Shown: one piece after another, positions 25,345-36,675 of the stretch
Layout: every line of letters begins with the position of its first letter
How positions within the stretch are numbered: position 1 is the first letter of the stretch
NCBI RefSeq assembly: GCF_009834535.1
Contig: NC_045698.1
Span: forward strand, 24,428,001 to 24,492,000
Origin: Camelus ferus
Lineage: Eukaryota
Length of the DNA stretch: 64,000 bases
Direction of reading: 5' to 3'
Position numbers and translations under genes: made by a program
The notes under the pieces: model-generated
The model's input: only the letters and a program-made list of their open reading frames with translations
What the model was told of the DNA's origin: nothing
Database searches by the model: none

Positions 25345-25795
25345 TTTAATTTAATTGGTTAAGGTGAACATAAAATCAACCATTTTAAAGTGTACAATAC
25401 AGTGGCATTTAGTACATTCATAGTGTTGTGCAAACAGTTATATTCCAAAACATTTCATCACTCTCAAAGGAGACCCCATATACACCCATTAAGCAGTCAC
25501 TCCCCATTCCTCTCCTCCCAGCCCCTGGTAACCACAAATCTGCTTTCTTTTTCTGTGGATTTACTTATTCTGCTTATTTCATATTAATGGAATTATACAG
25601 CATGTGATTTTGTGTGTGGCTTTTTTCACCTAGCATACTATTTTTTGGTTTATCCATATTGTCGCATGTATCATTATTTCATTCCTTTTTTATGGCTGAA
25701 TACTATTCTGTTGTATAGATATACCATTTTGTTTATCCATTCATCTATTTAGGGACATTTGGATTGTTCTCAACTTTTGTCTATTCTGAATAAAT
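25345..25795 (-). mobile_element. L1MB-like 3' end
   Basis: catttaaagtgtacaatacagtggcatttagtacattc...ccattaagcagtcactcccc...cccctggtaaccacaaatctg. Confidence 0.85.
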
Positions 25796-25931
25796 TGCTT
25801 AGCTTTTTTTTTGCCCCTACTTTCCTTATCTGGAAAGTGGGGATAGTAATTCAGAGCTTTTGGGTCATTCTGAAGACTGGAGCTAATGCTGATCATGTGT
25901 CTGGCTCAATAAACAGAAGCTGTTGGAATCA

Positions 25932-25934
<3 letters not shown>

Positions 25935-25978
<44 letters not shown>
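25935..25978. repeat. (TG)22 microsatellite
   Basis: Perfect run, directly visible. Confidence 0.97.
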
Positions 25979-25981
<3 letters not shown>

Positions 25982-26339
25982 AGAGAAAAAGCCATTAAAA
26001 TAGATTCTCAATTGATTTGCAGACAAGATGAATGTTCCTATTTTTTAAACCACTAAAGATTTATCTCATCCTGCCTCATCTTCCTCACCATATTTGGGTT
26101 GCAAATCTCATTTTTCAAGTTTCTTTACTACTGGGATCATTCATCCTTTTGTTATTATCTTTACCCATCTGCTTTCTCTTTTTCCTCCTAGTTTTGCTCA
26201 TTTTTTTTTTCTCATTCATTCATATATCCACAAATACCTGGCTCAGTTTTAAGTGCTGGATTACAGCAGGAAAAAAAAAAAACTAGACTCAATCTGAAAT
26301 CTCTTCTTGGTATTATATTCTAGGGTTGGGAGAGGAGAG

Positions 26340-26610
26340 ATTAAAAACAAACAAAGAAATGAATCTTATGTCAGGTGGTGATGTACGCTAAGAAGTAAAA
26401 CAAAGCTGAGAAGTGGTTTAGATTAAGTCAAAGGGTCAAAATGGGCCCCTTTGTTAATATAATTTGAGCAGAACCTTGAATAAGGACCGTGAAGCACCTT
26501 CTGGAATAAGGCTCCTCCTGGGAAGGAAGAGGGAAGGCACTGGAGTGTTGAGCAGAGTGACAGGAGCTGACTTTCATTTCAGGGAGATCACCCTACCTGC
26601 TGCCGTGGAA
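26340..26610 (-). mobile_element. L2 fragment
   Basis: atttgagcagaaccttgaa...gagcagagtgacaggagctgactttcatttcagggagatcaccct. Confidence 0.55.
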
Positions 26611-26685
26611 CACCACTGACAGTTGCCATCTGTCTCCCTCCTTTGCTCCTTCCTGAGATTTGTGCTTTCATGAGCCCATCCTGAA

Positions 26686-26973
26686 AGTTCAATTTCTTTT
26701 CTTCTTTAATTGAAGTATAGTCGATCATACTAAGTGGAGTAAGTCAGACAGAGAAAAACAAGTATCACATGAAATCACTTACAATGGAATCTAAAAAAAA
26801 AAAAATAAGACAAATGAACTTATTTACAAAACAGAAACAGACTCACAGACACAGAAAACAAACTTATGGTTACCAGAGGGGGAAGGAGGGCTGGGAGGGA
26901 TAAACGAAGAGTTTGGGATTCGCAGGTACACACTACTCTATAGAAAATAGATAAACAGACAGTTCAGTTTCTT
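26686..26973 (-). mobile_element. Twin-primed (5'-inverted) short L1 with 13-bp TSD
   Basis: TSD agttcaatttctt (26686-98) / agttcagtttctt (26961-73); minus-strand L1 tail 26699-26725 fused to a plus-oriented L1 segment 26726-26958. Confidence 0.8.
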
Positions 26974-27439
26974 AATGAAATCTTTGAGATTCAGCTCTGT
27001 AGGCTGACTCCATCCCTTTCTCCGTACTCCACCTCTCAACTCCCTGGGGAAGAAGGAAAATACTATACAAAGAAGCTTTCACCACAAATTTTCGTCACCT
27101 CAGTAGCCTCAGGTGACAAGACCTGTGGCTGGAGGCTATTGCTTCCTTCCTGGTTCAAAGTGAAGACGTCCCTGAGCTTTGTCTGCTCTGATGCCTGTAG
27201 TGTGGGAATTAAGCTGAGTCTTAGAGCCTTTTTTAGAGCAAGTTTTCCTTTCTGTCTTTGCCAAGGCTCATTTTCTTGATGAAATTTGAAAATAGGGAAG
27301 GTTACTTTCTACTTTCGGTAACAGAAGTAAAAGCTCTGTGGGTATCTTGTTCTCCTGGGGAATTCGATTTGGGAAGTCTGTACTCTCTCCTTTCCCAGCA
27401 TCCCCCTGCTTTCTCCTAACCTCGTCCTGTCCACACTTG

Positions 27440-27790
27440 GAACAATGTAACGTGGTGGAAAGAGCACTGGACTGGGAGCCGGAAGGTCTGAGTCTTAGTC
27501 TGAACTCACGCTAACTAGACACGGGCTTGTTAGCGGAGAGGTGGCGGAGCAGAGTGGTAACGAGTAGTGTGACCTCTGGTGTCAGACTGGCTAGTTTGAG
27601 TGTGTGGCTCCGCTATTTACTGGTCCTGTGTCTTGGGTAAATTAAGTTTTCTGTTTTCTGTTGTCCTCATCTATACAATGGGAATAGAATTGTACCTGTC
27701 TCACAGGACTGCTTGAATTTTAAAAGAGATAATTGAAGTCAAAGCACTTAGAATAGTATTAGGCATGCAGTAAACTTTATGGCTAGTCTA
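27440..27790 (+). mobile_element. Two adjacent MIR SINEs
   Basis: gtggtggaaagagcactggactgggagcc head, then a second head with ctcatctatacaatggg core and aaagcacttagaatagta tail. Confidence 0.7.
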
Positions 27791-28716
27791 ACTGTTGACA
27801 AATCAGTCATCTAAGTTAGGTCCAAGTGCTGGAACCCGCATCACATGTAGAATGTCCTATAGACCTGGCGATGATTGGCTGAGGAAAAAGAAGGCAAGTA
27901 GGTTGGTTTTCTTCTGTCATACAAAGGACTGTCCAAGGAAAGAGGTGCCACTTCTGAATTTCTAAGTCCTTTGCAGTTTAATTTAAAATAATGGAGATCT
28001 TTTATTATGATCAATAGAGCCTGAGAATTGGGATGACAATTTTGCAAAGCAGTGAGGTCTCCATCACTGAAAGATTGCAAGTGAAGATGGACTCTCTGTT
28101 GGGATCAGGGTAGAAGGGATTCCTTTCCCTAAAACGTGACTATGGAAAAGTAGGAGGAGACCTCCTCTCCGTAACAACCTGGCAGTTACTTCTCAGCTGC
28201 CTTCATACTGTTGTTCCTTTGACCTCCCCGAAGGGAATGGCTGAGGGCTTTCCAAACAGGCATGATGGCGTCAGTGGTGGTCAGAGCTGGTAGGGACATT
28301 TCTTAGATGAGGAAACTGATTCCAAAAGACAGTGGCATGGGACCAGAAACAGCAAGTTCAAAGGCTCAGATCAGTTAATGACTGGGAACACGCTCCCAGG
28401 GCATCCCTGAAGCCTGGCAATAAGATAGAGTTAATAATGAAAAGCCATGCAAGTCAATACAGAAAGTTTAATTTAATAAAACCACAGGTATCCATTGGCA
28501 GAGATCCTGAAATGTTCTCGGATGGCCCCTGCCACTTTTGTCAGCTTCCTCACCTGCCATCACCAATATCCTGACTTCAAATAACAAGGTATACTTTTGA
28601 ATCAGGTTTCCAGATGTTACCATCCTCAATTACTAACACGTGGTTATAAAACCTGCCTATCAGATCTCATCTCTGCTCCCACTAGTTCCCCATCTTTCCC
28701 TGCTTATAACCCTGGT

Positions 28717-29076
28717 TGTCTTAGTCACTTTGGGCGGCTATAACAGAGTACCAGAGACTGGGTGGCTGAAGCAACACGTATTTATTTCTTCTGGTTTTGT
28801 CCAAGATCAGGGTGCCAGCATGGCCGGGCTCTGGTGAGAACTCTCCTCCTGGTTCAAAGCTGGCTGCCTTCTCACTGTATCCCCCTGGGCAGAGAGGAGC
28901 CCCATTTCCCTTAACTCCTTATAAGGGCACCAATCCAATCATGTGGGCTCCACTCTGAGAACCTCATTTAAGCTTAATTACCTCCCAAAGGCTCCACCTC
29001 CAAATACCATCACACTGACCATTAGAACTGCAGGATAGGAATTTTGGGCAGGTACAAGCGTTCAGTCCTCATTGCA
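28717..29076 (-). mobile_element. MaLR solo LTR (MLT1A-like)
   Basis: tgtcttagtc...ttataagggcaccaatccaatcatg...aattacctcccaaaggctccacctccaaataccatcac...ttcagtcctcattgca; about 360 bp, TG...CA ends. Confidence 0.85.
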
Positions 29077-29349
29077 TGTCTACTTACTTCTGGGCCCTCA
29101 TATTTGCTGTTCCCTTTCCCTGGATCATCCCCCTTCTCCCGTATCCACAAGTCTTCCTCTCCTGCCTCTTTCAGGTCTTCCTCCTTATCCGCCTTGGGTC
29201 CTATCAGTGAGGCCTGTCCTGATCTCCTCCTTCAAAGTGGCCTCCCACGGCCCCTCCCAATCCTCTTTTCCTATTTAATTTTTACATAGCATTTATCACC
29301 TTCTTTATAGTTTGAGTTACCCTAGAATTGGACTTTGTACCAAGAATTC

Positions 29350-29640
29350 AAGTATAAGTGTTTTCTTGGGAAGATGCTTCATAGTTACCCAAGTGGAGAA
29401 GGATCTGGCCTATTTTTATATCAACTTCCACCAGCCATTGAGCTGGTTGAGGGCTGCTTAGGGGTGGAGTGTTTGTTCCTGACACTGCTCCAGGTGGGCG
29501 AGTAAGCCTTCTGGGGCTTTGGGGAAAGTCCCAAGCCAAAGCGAACTTGGCCCCTGGAATCAGAGGGAGCACACCCAAGTGGTGATGTGATATGTATCCG
29601 GGGATATGGGCGGGCACCAATGATACCTGCTGTACCATCT
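29350..29640 (-). mobile_element. Probable ancient ERVL-class LTR fragment
   Basis: gggatatgggcgggcaccaatgatacctgctgtac resembles the reverse start of LTR16/LTR33-type LTRs; family uncertain. Confidence 0.4.
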
Positions 29641-29694
29641 GACATGCCAGACAGTGTATGAGATACGTCATACGTGTGACATGTCACATGCATA

Positions 29695-29829
29695 TCGTCC
29701 CCTTTCCAGAATGAAAGCTTTATGAGGGCAAGTATTTTTGTCTGTGGAACTCTCTGCTGAGCTTAGAACAGCACCTGGTGACCTGACACATGTTAGTATT
29801 TATTAAATACTTGTTGAATGATTGAATGA
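29695..29829 (+). mobile_element. L2 3' end
   Basis: gaatgaaagctttatgagggcaag...cttagaacagcacctgg...aaatacttgttgaatgattgaatga. Confidence 0.7.
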
Positions 29830-29847
29830 TCTAGATCAGAGATTTTA

Positions 29848-29993
29848 GGGGAGGGTATAGCTCAGTGGTAGAGTGCATGCCTAGCATGCATGAGGTCCTG
29901 AGTTCAATTCCCAGTACCTCCATTAAAAAAGCAAATAAATAAATAAACCTAATTACCTCCCCCCTTACCCCCCCCCAAAGAAATCACCTAATT
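29848..29993 (+). mobile_element. Vic-1-type SINE, full length, with about 16-bp TSD
   Basis: ggggagggtatagctcagtggtagag (A box) ... gagttcaattcc (B box) ... aaataaataaacctaattacctcccc; TSD tagatcagagatttta / tagaccagagattcta (14/16). Confidence 0.92.
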
Positions 29994-29998
29994 TAGAC

Positions 29999-30238
29999 CA
30001 GAGATTCTAAACTGCAGGTTGTGACTCATTTAGCAGGCCATGAATTTAATATCAAGGGTCATGGCCAGCAAAAAAGGAGAGAGAAGAGAATTAGAAAAGG
30101 TAAATACAGTTTAATGAAATGTTTCACTTTAGTTATTCGATATACATATTATAATTATTAGATCTATAGATTGAATTTAGGTTGAGTCCTGAAATAAAAT
30201 ATACTTTTCACTCTGGGTTGGGATATTTGACAATCCCT
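29999..30238. mobile_element. hAT-Charlie-type MITE (family uncertain)
   Basis: cagagattctaaactgcaggttgtgactcatt...ggtcatggccagca ... aaaatatacttttcactctgggt resembles short hAT MITEs. Confidence 0.5.
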
Positions 30239-31292
30239 TATCAATTTTCTCATTTTAGAGATTCGGAGAATCAGAGCCCAGGGAAGTCAAGATTTTGCTG
30301 AGGTCACAAAACAGGGCCCAGGCAAAGCAGACCCCGTGACATCATAGGACCTCTGTGCGTCTAGCAACTGTTAGATGTTGGTAATTTAGCTGATGGGTCG
30401 GAGGTCTCCAGCCAGATCTCCCTCTGAGCCCAAGGAAACCAGATCCTTTATAAACATGAGAAACTCTGAAAAACCACGTTGCACACTGAGGATCTGGGGT
30501 TCTGTGGGGGGCTGAGAGGTGGGCTGGGCGACTGAATGGCTTCGGGAACAGCGCCCACCTGCCAGACTCCGTGCCCTTGTGCAGCAGGACCAGCTGCTCT
30601 GCCGTCTGCACTCAGCGTGCAGCAGGCTCCCCAGGCTTCCCTGGCCTGCGAGCTCCTTCAGCATGGTCATGAAAAAGCATCGACACTAGGAGGTCCTGTT
30701 AAAAAGAGATTCTCTGAATCGTTGTCTTGATTATGATTTAATTCCACTTTCTTTTTCCAGCTTGGAAGCAAGAACTTTCTCTGAGCCTGCCTTTCTTCTT
30801 GCCTGGCCCTCACTCTCTACTCTTGTGCTTCCTACATGGAAAGTAGTATACAGAAGTACAGGGCATCCTTGCTTCCGAGTTTCAGGACCATGGTTCTAGG
30901 AAAACAGTGTTTCCAATGACTGTCCTCTAGAAGGTGTTATGCAGATTTCCTCCCTAGCCTGAAGTTCTTGGCTGGAGTCAGAGAAAGAGCTGCTGGCAAC
31001 GATGACAAAGGGCAGGGTAGGGACACCAGTGCTCTGTTCTGCTGCCTTCCTCAACCTCACGTCACGAAGAAATATTTGGGAGTTTTGAGGAATACATACC
31101 CAGGCAGAACTATAGGCACTGTGGACCTCCATCCAATGACATCCCAAGGCAGGGTGTGGCTATGGGCAGGGCCTGTTTAAGGAAAAAAAGAACCACCAGT
31201 TTGCAGGGACTACAGGGGTCAGGCTGGACCATTTGGAAAGTGCTGTTTTCTCCCAGATGTTATAAACACATTAATCTTCAATGTTCATGAGT

Positions 31293-31444
31293 AAGGAAAG
31301 GAGAGAGAGAGAAAGAAGAGGGAAAGGGAAGTGGTGATAGAGAAATAGAGCAACGGAAGGAGAGTGGCAGGGAGAGGGGGAGAGAGAGAAAGACAGAGAG
31401 GGAGGAGGGGAGGGAGAGGAGAGGGAGGGGAGGAAGAACAAAGG
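31293..31444. repeat. About 150-bp polypurine (GA-rich) tract
   Basis: Almost exclusively A/G on the plus strand. Confidence 0.9.
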
Positions 31445-31616
31445 TATTTATTTGTCTTGTTTAACTGCTGCCCTCGCTCCTTCTCAGCTGGCTTTCTTCA
31501 GGCTGAGGACACAGATCCACTCTGCCACAATGAACCCTCAGTCCTGCCTATTTTTACTCCAGCCATCCATCCCAGCAGAGCCAGGGCTCCCTGGTCCTGA
31601 GGCTTGTCTTTAGGGT

Positions 31617-32053
31617 GGGAGGCGGGGCGCTGGGAGCAGAGTCAGGAAGGGGAGTGGAAGTGGTTTTGGAGGCACTGAAATCTTGTCACTCGTGCTCTGA
31701 ATAAACCATCAACATTGCTGACCCTTAGCTAGAAATTGAGAGAAGAAACAAAAGCTAGGAAATCATCATGTAGTCTGCTGTTCTTTCTTTTTTCTTTTTC
31801 TTTTTTGTTTGAGAGGGAAGGTAGGTTTTTCTGTCCAAAATGTGGAGCGTGAAACAAACTGCTTCCTGACAGAGTGAGAAAAGCCAGCAGCGGGGCTGAG
31901 CCACAGCTGGGACATTTGGCAGCCTGGATGCTTCGCCAGCTTGTGCCAAAGGAACCATGGCCAGCGGCTTCTTCTGGCCTTTCTCGAACCTGCAGGATTC
32001 CTTTGCAGGCTGAAATCATGAAACCAACTCTTGCTGCGAATGGGAGGAGCGGG
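31617..32053 (+). promoter_or_regulatory. Candidate non-island promoter and first exon
   Basis: Sp1-type gggaggcggggc at 31617-28, local CpG retention, donors AAG|GTAGGT (31820) and GGG|GTGAGT (32053), ATGs at 31928, 31957 and 32018. Confidence 0.4.
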
Positions 32054-33700
32054 GTGAGTAGAGGCTAATCTCTACCTCAGGGTTCACCTCTGGAGAAAGA
32101 TCAGGTGGGCAAGCGGCAGAGAGGCTTTGCCACTGTCGCTTTCACCCTGTCTCTGCCTCCCATTGACTCATGATGCAAGGGCAGCTCAGGCAATTCACAG
32201 AAGCCCTACATGCAGGGCTCCCACGTGGGCGGGATGTGGCTGCCAAGGTAAACACGTCATGCTCCACTTGGGCTGAAGGGCAGACATCACTTGTTGTTCG
32301 TGTGATGAGGCAGACCTTAGCGCTGTCCGCGGAGAGTCAGGGCACCATCTTGAAGTGTCCTGGGGTGAAATGATTTGTCTTTCCATGGTTGTCCCATCTG
32401 CCTCCCCATCCTGTAGCATTTAAATAAATCAGCGTAAGTTGGTCAGTGCCGAGTGGAAATGACTCCTTAGCTTGAGTCTGTTGGCTTAATCTCTTCTGAA
32501 TTAAAAAGCCCACAAGACGTTGATCATCATGAGATCTTACACTCTTACTGAGAAGTGGGACTGCTCTGAAAACGGTCCTGATGTTTACTCTTCTTGTAAA
32601 CACCTTTCTTAAAAGGAGACTACAGCCATCTTCATCAACCACACAAATCTTCCAGGAAATAATACTTTTCGTAACGGTAAATCTCTAACACTGCCACTGC
32701 AACTTTAGCCAATCACATAGTTCAGGTGTCAATGTCTGCAACAACGTCACTTCATTTATGTGAATGGCAGGCTTAGCATTGAAATTTAATGCAGCTCAGA
32801 GGCTTTTTTCCTCCAAATTGGGAGATTTTACCCTAAAATCCATATGTGCAGCATTACTTGAAAAGTACTGCCTGTCCCCACAGGACACACATTCCCACGT
32901 GTCACTGGTCCACTGTCCCTGTCGCTGGGACACTGTCACTAGTCCGCTGTCCCTGAGCTCCTCTTCCGTGGATCCTGCCCTCTGCAGTTAACCTGGTCTC
33001 CTCAGTCCCTGAAGCTGCAGGTTGGTTGCTATTTTTTGTTTCATTGCATTGTTTTTCTTAGACTGGAAACATACTTTTCTATGTCAGGTGGTTGCTAAAA
33101 GTGAGAAAACAAGAGTTAAACTGAGAGAGGCTCGTGTGCCTAGGGGAACGCAGGGAAAGATGACAGTTGTTAAATGGAAGATAAGAGTTTTACACCCGCA
33201 CCTGCTTCCTGCCACCTCCCGAGCCCCGTGTGCATGTGTGACCGCGGCCCCTGCTCACGCCCGTCTCCACACACTCGCCGCACACTCTGAAAAGCCAGCT
33301 CACTTGCTGTAGCTCGTCCTCTGTCTCACCTCCGTCCTCTACCTCATTCCATGTGTAACACCTCAAAGGAACTAAGGTCAAATGATTTGAGAAAATAAGA
33401 GACCAATTGATCAAAGGTAAGATTACAGTTCACCATGGTCATCAGCAAAGGACAACAGTACAATTTGGAGATAATAGGAGATGTGTTTTTTTTTTTCTTA
33501 TTGCTGACTGGTTGGAGAAACAAAGTGACTGTATTTTGAAGAATAATTCTTAAGTCTCATAAAGTGCATACTTTGACGTTTCATCACATGTTGGTATACA
33601 TCTGCATTCATTTTCTTAAAGATGCACGTATAAGATTCTGAAAAGGTACCCAGCATGATAACTACGATTACTCTTCATTTCTATGAAAGCTTCTCCTTAG

Positions 33701-33884
33701 AGATTTGAGGAAAGTGCTTTGAGGATGAAGATAGTTTCCAAAACAAAACCACAATATTTCAGATTCTTCCTGTTAGTAAAAAACCAACAGAAGATACAAG
33801 TCCGGAACACAGATATAATGATATTGAAAACAAGATCTTCATTAAATGTGTCCTCAGGATCTACTAAAGGCCCAGAAGAATGTT
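33701..33884 (+). other. Candidate 184-nt internal exon, open in phase 0
   Basis: Acceptor ttctccttag|, donor GTT|GTAAGT; reads RFEESALRMKIVSKTKPQ...GSTKGPEEC without a stop; no protein recognised. Confidence 0.3.
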
Positions 33885-34283
33885 GTAAGTCCCTGAAGAA
33901 CTGCAGACCACCCCCTGCAGTGAATCCCCGGGACCCATAATCGCTTCTAACCACTTGCCCAGTAAACAGCGCCTTGGTGAGCAAAGCTCAGCTGAATCCG
34001 GCAAACCCTTTCTGTGTCAGAATCATCCAGAATGAGGCATGGGGAAAAAACGCAGTTTCTAAGAGAGATAGGCTGTAAGAAAATGAACTGTGGATGCAAG
34101 GGTTCAGGAAAGGAGGGAGTTTAGACCTCAAGGAAGGAGTTAGTGAGTTTGGGATTTTAAATGAGAGCTATTTTGCAAGAATTTATATTCAAGTTGGCAT
34201 GTGAGGGAAATAGGGGTCAGAGGAAGACTGAGAGGCAAATAACTAAAAGGGGAATGCTTCCTAGATGGCAGGGAAAGGGAAAA

Positions 34284-34555
34284 TCACACATACACACGCA
34301 CACATGAGTATTTGACATTTGCCATATTTTCTTTATCTCTCAGTTTGTGTTTATAAGATATAGATGCATGTGTGTGTATATAAGCACACGTGTATATGAA
34401 CATATATACATCTCTCTCTCCCCCTCTCTCTGTGTGTATGTATATGTATACATAAACACACACACGCACACTGAGAAGAAAAGCATATGTGTGTGTGTGT
34501 GTGTGTATCTCTCGCAGCTTTATCTTTCACTATATGTGTATATATATATATCTTT
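34284..34555. repeat. Compound CA/TG/TA/TC microsatellite cluster
   Basis: Interleaved dinucleotide runs, adjacent to the tail of the following L1. Confidence 0.85.
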
Positions 34556-34559
34556 TTCC

Positions 34560-34910
34560 CTAGGAATATTTGATAGAAAGTTGCAGGTCGCACAAGACTG
34601 CATCCCTAAATACTTCATCATGCAGCATTTAAGACCACAAATATTGTCCTACGTAATCGCAGTAGTATAATGACATTTGAGAAATTTAATATCGAGACAA
34701 TAGTGTCTAATATACAATCCATGCCCAAATTTCCAAAGTTGTCCTCAAGTGTTCTCTATAGCTGTGCATGTGTAGTTCCCCCAGACCAGGATTCACTGAT
34801 GTTTTGCATTTGATTGTCCTGTCTCTTTAATCTTTATTCTAGGACAATCACCCTGACTTCCGTGACATTGGCATTTTTGATGAGTTCATACCAGCAGTCT
34901 TGTGTCTTTG
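34560..34910 (-). mobile_element. L1MC-like 3' end
   Basis: ccctaaatacttcatcatgcagc...gaaatttaatatcgagacaatag...ttgcatttgattgtcctgtctcttta. Confidence 0.7.
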
Positions 34911-36675
34911 GGTATTTTTTAACTTAAACCTGTGTGTGTTTTGCTTGCATTAATAGACAGACCTCATTGTTCAAATATTGAGAATCAGAAGCCAGGTGGC
35001 GTTGGTTGGAATCACAGGTCTGTTAAATAGCTTTGGGACCTTAGGCAAGTTATTTACCCTCTCTGTGCCTCAGTCACATCCAGATAATGCGTATAAAACA
35101 GGTATAATAATTACATGAATATTTGGCTACCGTTGCTGTTTTTGTTATTATCAGAGAATATATTCCAACTCAGTCTTACAGCAGATGGGAGAGCTTTGTA
35201 TGATTCCTGATGTGCTTCAGTTGCAAATGACTTGAAAGTAATTTATTCTTAATTTAGAAGAATGATTGTATAACAACAATAACAACAACAACAACAAATA
35301 ATAATTGCAGTAAAATATACTGACCTCTCAAGATAAAATTATGTGGTCTCTGATTACTGTATCTAAAGGTCCAGAGTGAAGATAATGTCAACATTTTTAT
35401 CTAATTATGACACTGGCTACTGGTACACAGAAGGTTAACTATGTGGGCTAGGAGGTAAAAATATCTTGCTTTGCCACCCAGCTCGGCTACTCACGAGCTA
35501 TTTGAGCAGATTATGTATCTCTCTGAGCTGTCACTTCCTCACGTGGTAAATGAGGATAATAAAAACTACCTCAGGGACATGTTTGTAAAACTCCACGCTC
35601 CTTCCCCGCACCCAGCAAGCCCTGCCAAAGGCTTGCTATCAACATATTAGTGTGAAGTGTTCCCAAGAACAGACCTTCACTAATTAACTTGCTTTCAATA
35701 GATGTGACCAACACTTAGTAAAATTACTAAAACTTATTGAACATCAGTGATTTTATGATAATCCTAGCCGTACCGTTACCTTAATTTGACTTCATATTAG
35801 CTCGACCATTCTGTCTTTGGTGTCCTTAAGGGCAGGGACACTAGATGGTACATAAATCTGTACCCCAGAGGGTGGACGTATTTAAAGATTGCATTAACTT
35901 GTGGAAGTTGTGTGGTTTTTTTTAGCACCATTAATTAAAACTTAGTAAGAATTTTGAGGAGAGGCAACACAGCATTGTGGAAAGGGCAGGTGCTGTGGAG
36001 GGAGATAAGGTAGCACCCCCCCTTTTTAGAATGGGGTTTGGGGAAATCACCCCACATTTTTGCACCCTAATTTCCTCTTTTGCGAGAAAGCATCTCACAC
36101 AGCACCTAAAACACAATGACTCCTCACTAATGCCTTCCTCCTTCCCTCCCTGCTGTTTTTCTTTCTTCTCATCTTCCGTTTTTCCCTTCCTCTCACCCTC
36201 CCTTCTTGGGTACATGAGCCAAGGCATGGAAGTGAAGACTAGGTCCAGGGAAATATTTCCAGAGGCTTTTGAGAAAGAGCCCATCCGCAGTCCCTGGTGG
36301 CCTGGGACGTCCACGTCCTGCACGTGTGTCCTGCGGGTACCCCGACCTTGGGGCGAGGGCTTCCTGTTCACCCATGCAAAGGAGCACCTTTCGTTCCTCA
36401 GTGAGACAAAGACATGTAGTGCCCACTCCTTTGGTAATGGGAAGACAGTGGCTTAAATATTGCGGTTTTCAACAGAAAACAGGCAGAAGATACCTGGTCA
36501 GGGGAGAGACGGCACAGGAAAAGCGCTGATGCTGCCGGCCGCAAACATCCCCCAGAACAGCAGCAAAGGCAGAGCCACCGTGCTGCTGTCAGGATGTCCT
36601 TGACGCCTCTTATCAGATATTCCTAAAACAGCACGTGTATGTTTTGGCAATTTTGGGTACACGGAGAGGTTAAAG

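Noticed and set aside
26088-26097. CArG box CCATATTTGG
   Set aside because: Several such 10-mers are expected by chance in 64 kb of AT-rich DNA; no supporting context
29848-29922. tRNA-like sequence with A and B boxes
   Set aside because: It is the head of a Vic-1 SINE, followed by the SINE tail and flanked by a TSD; not a tRNA gene
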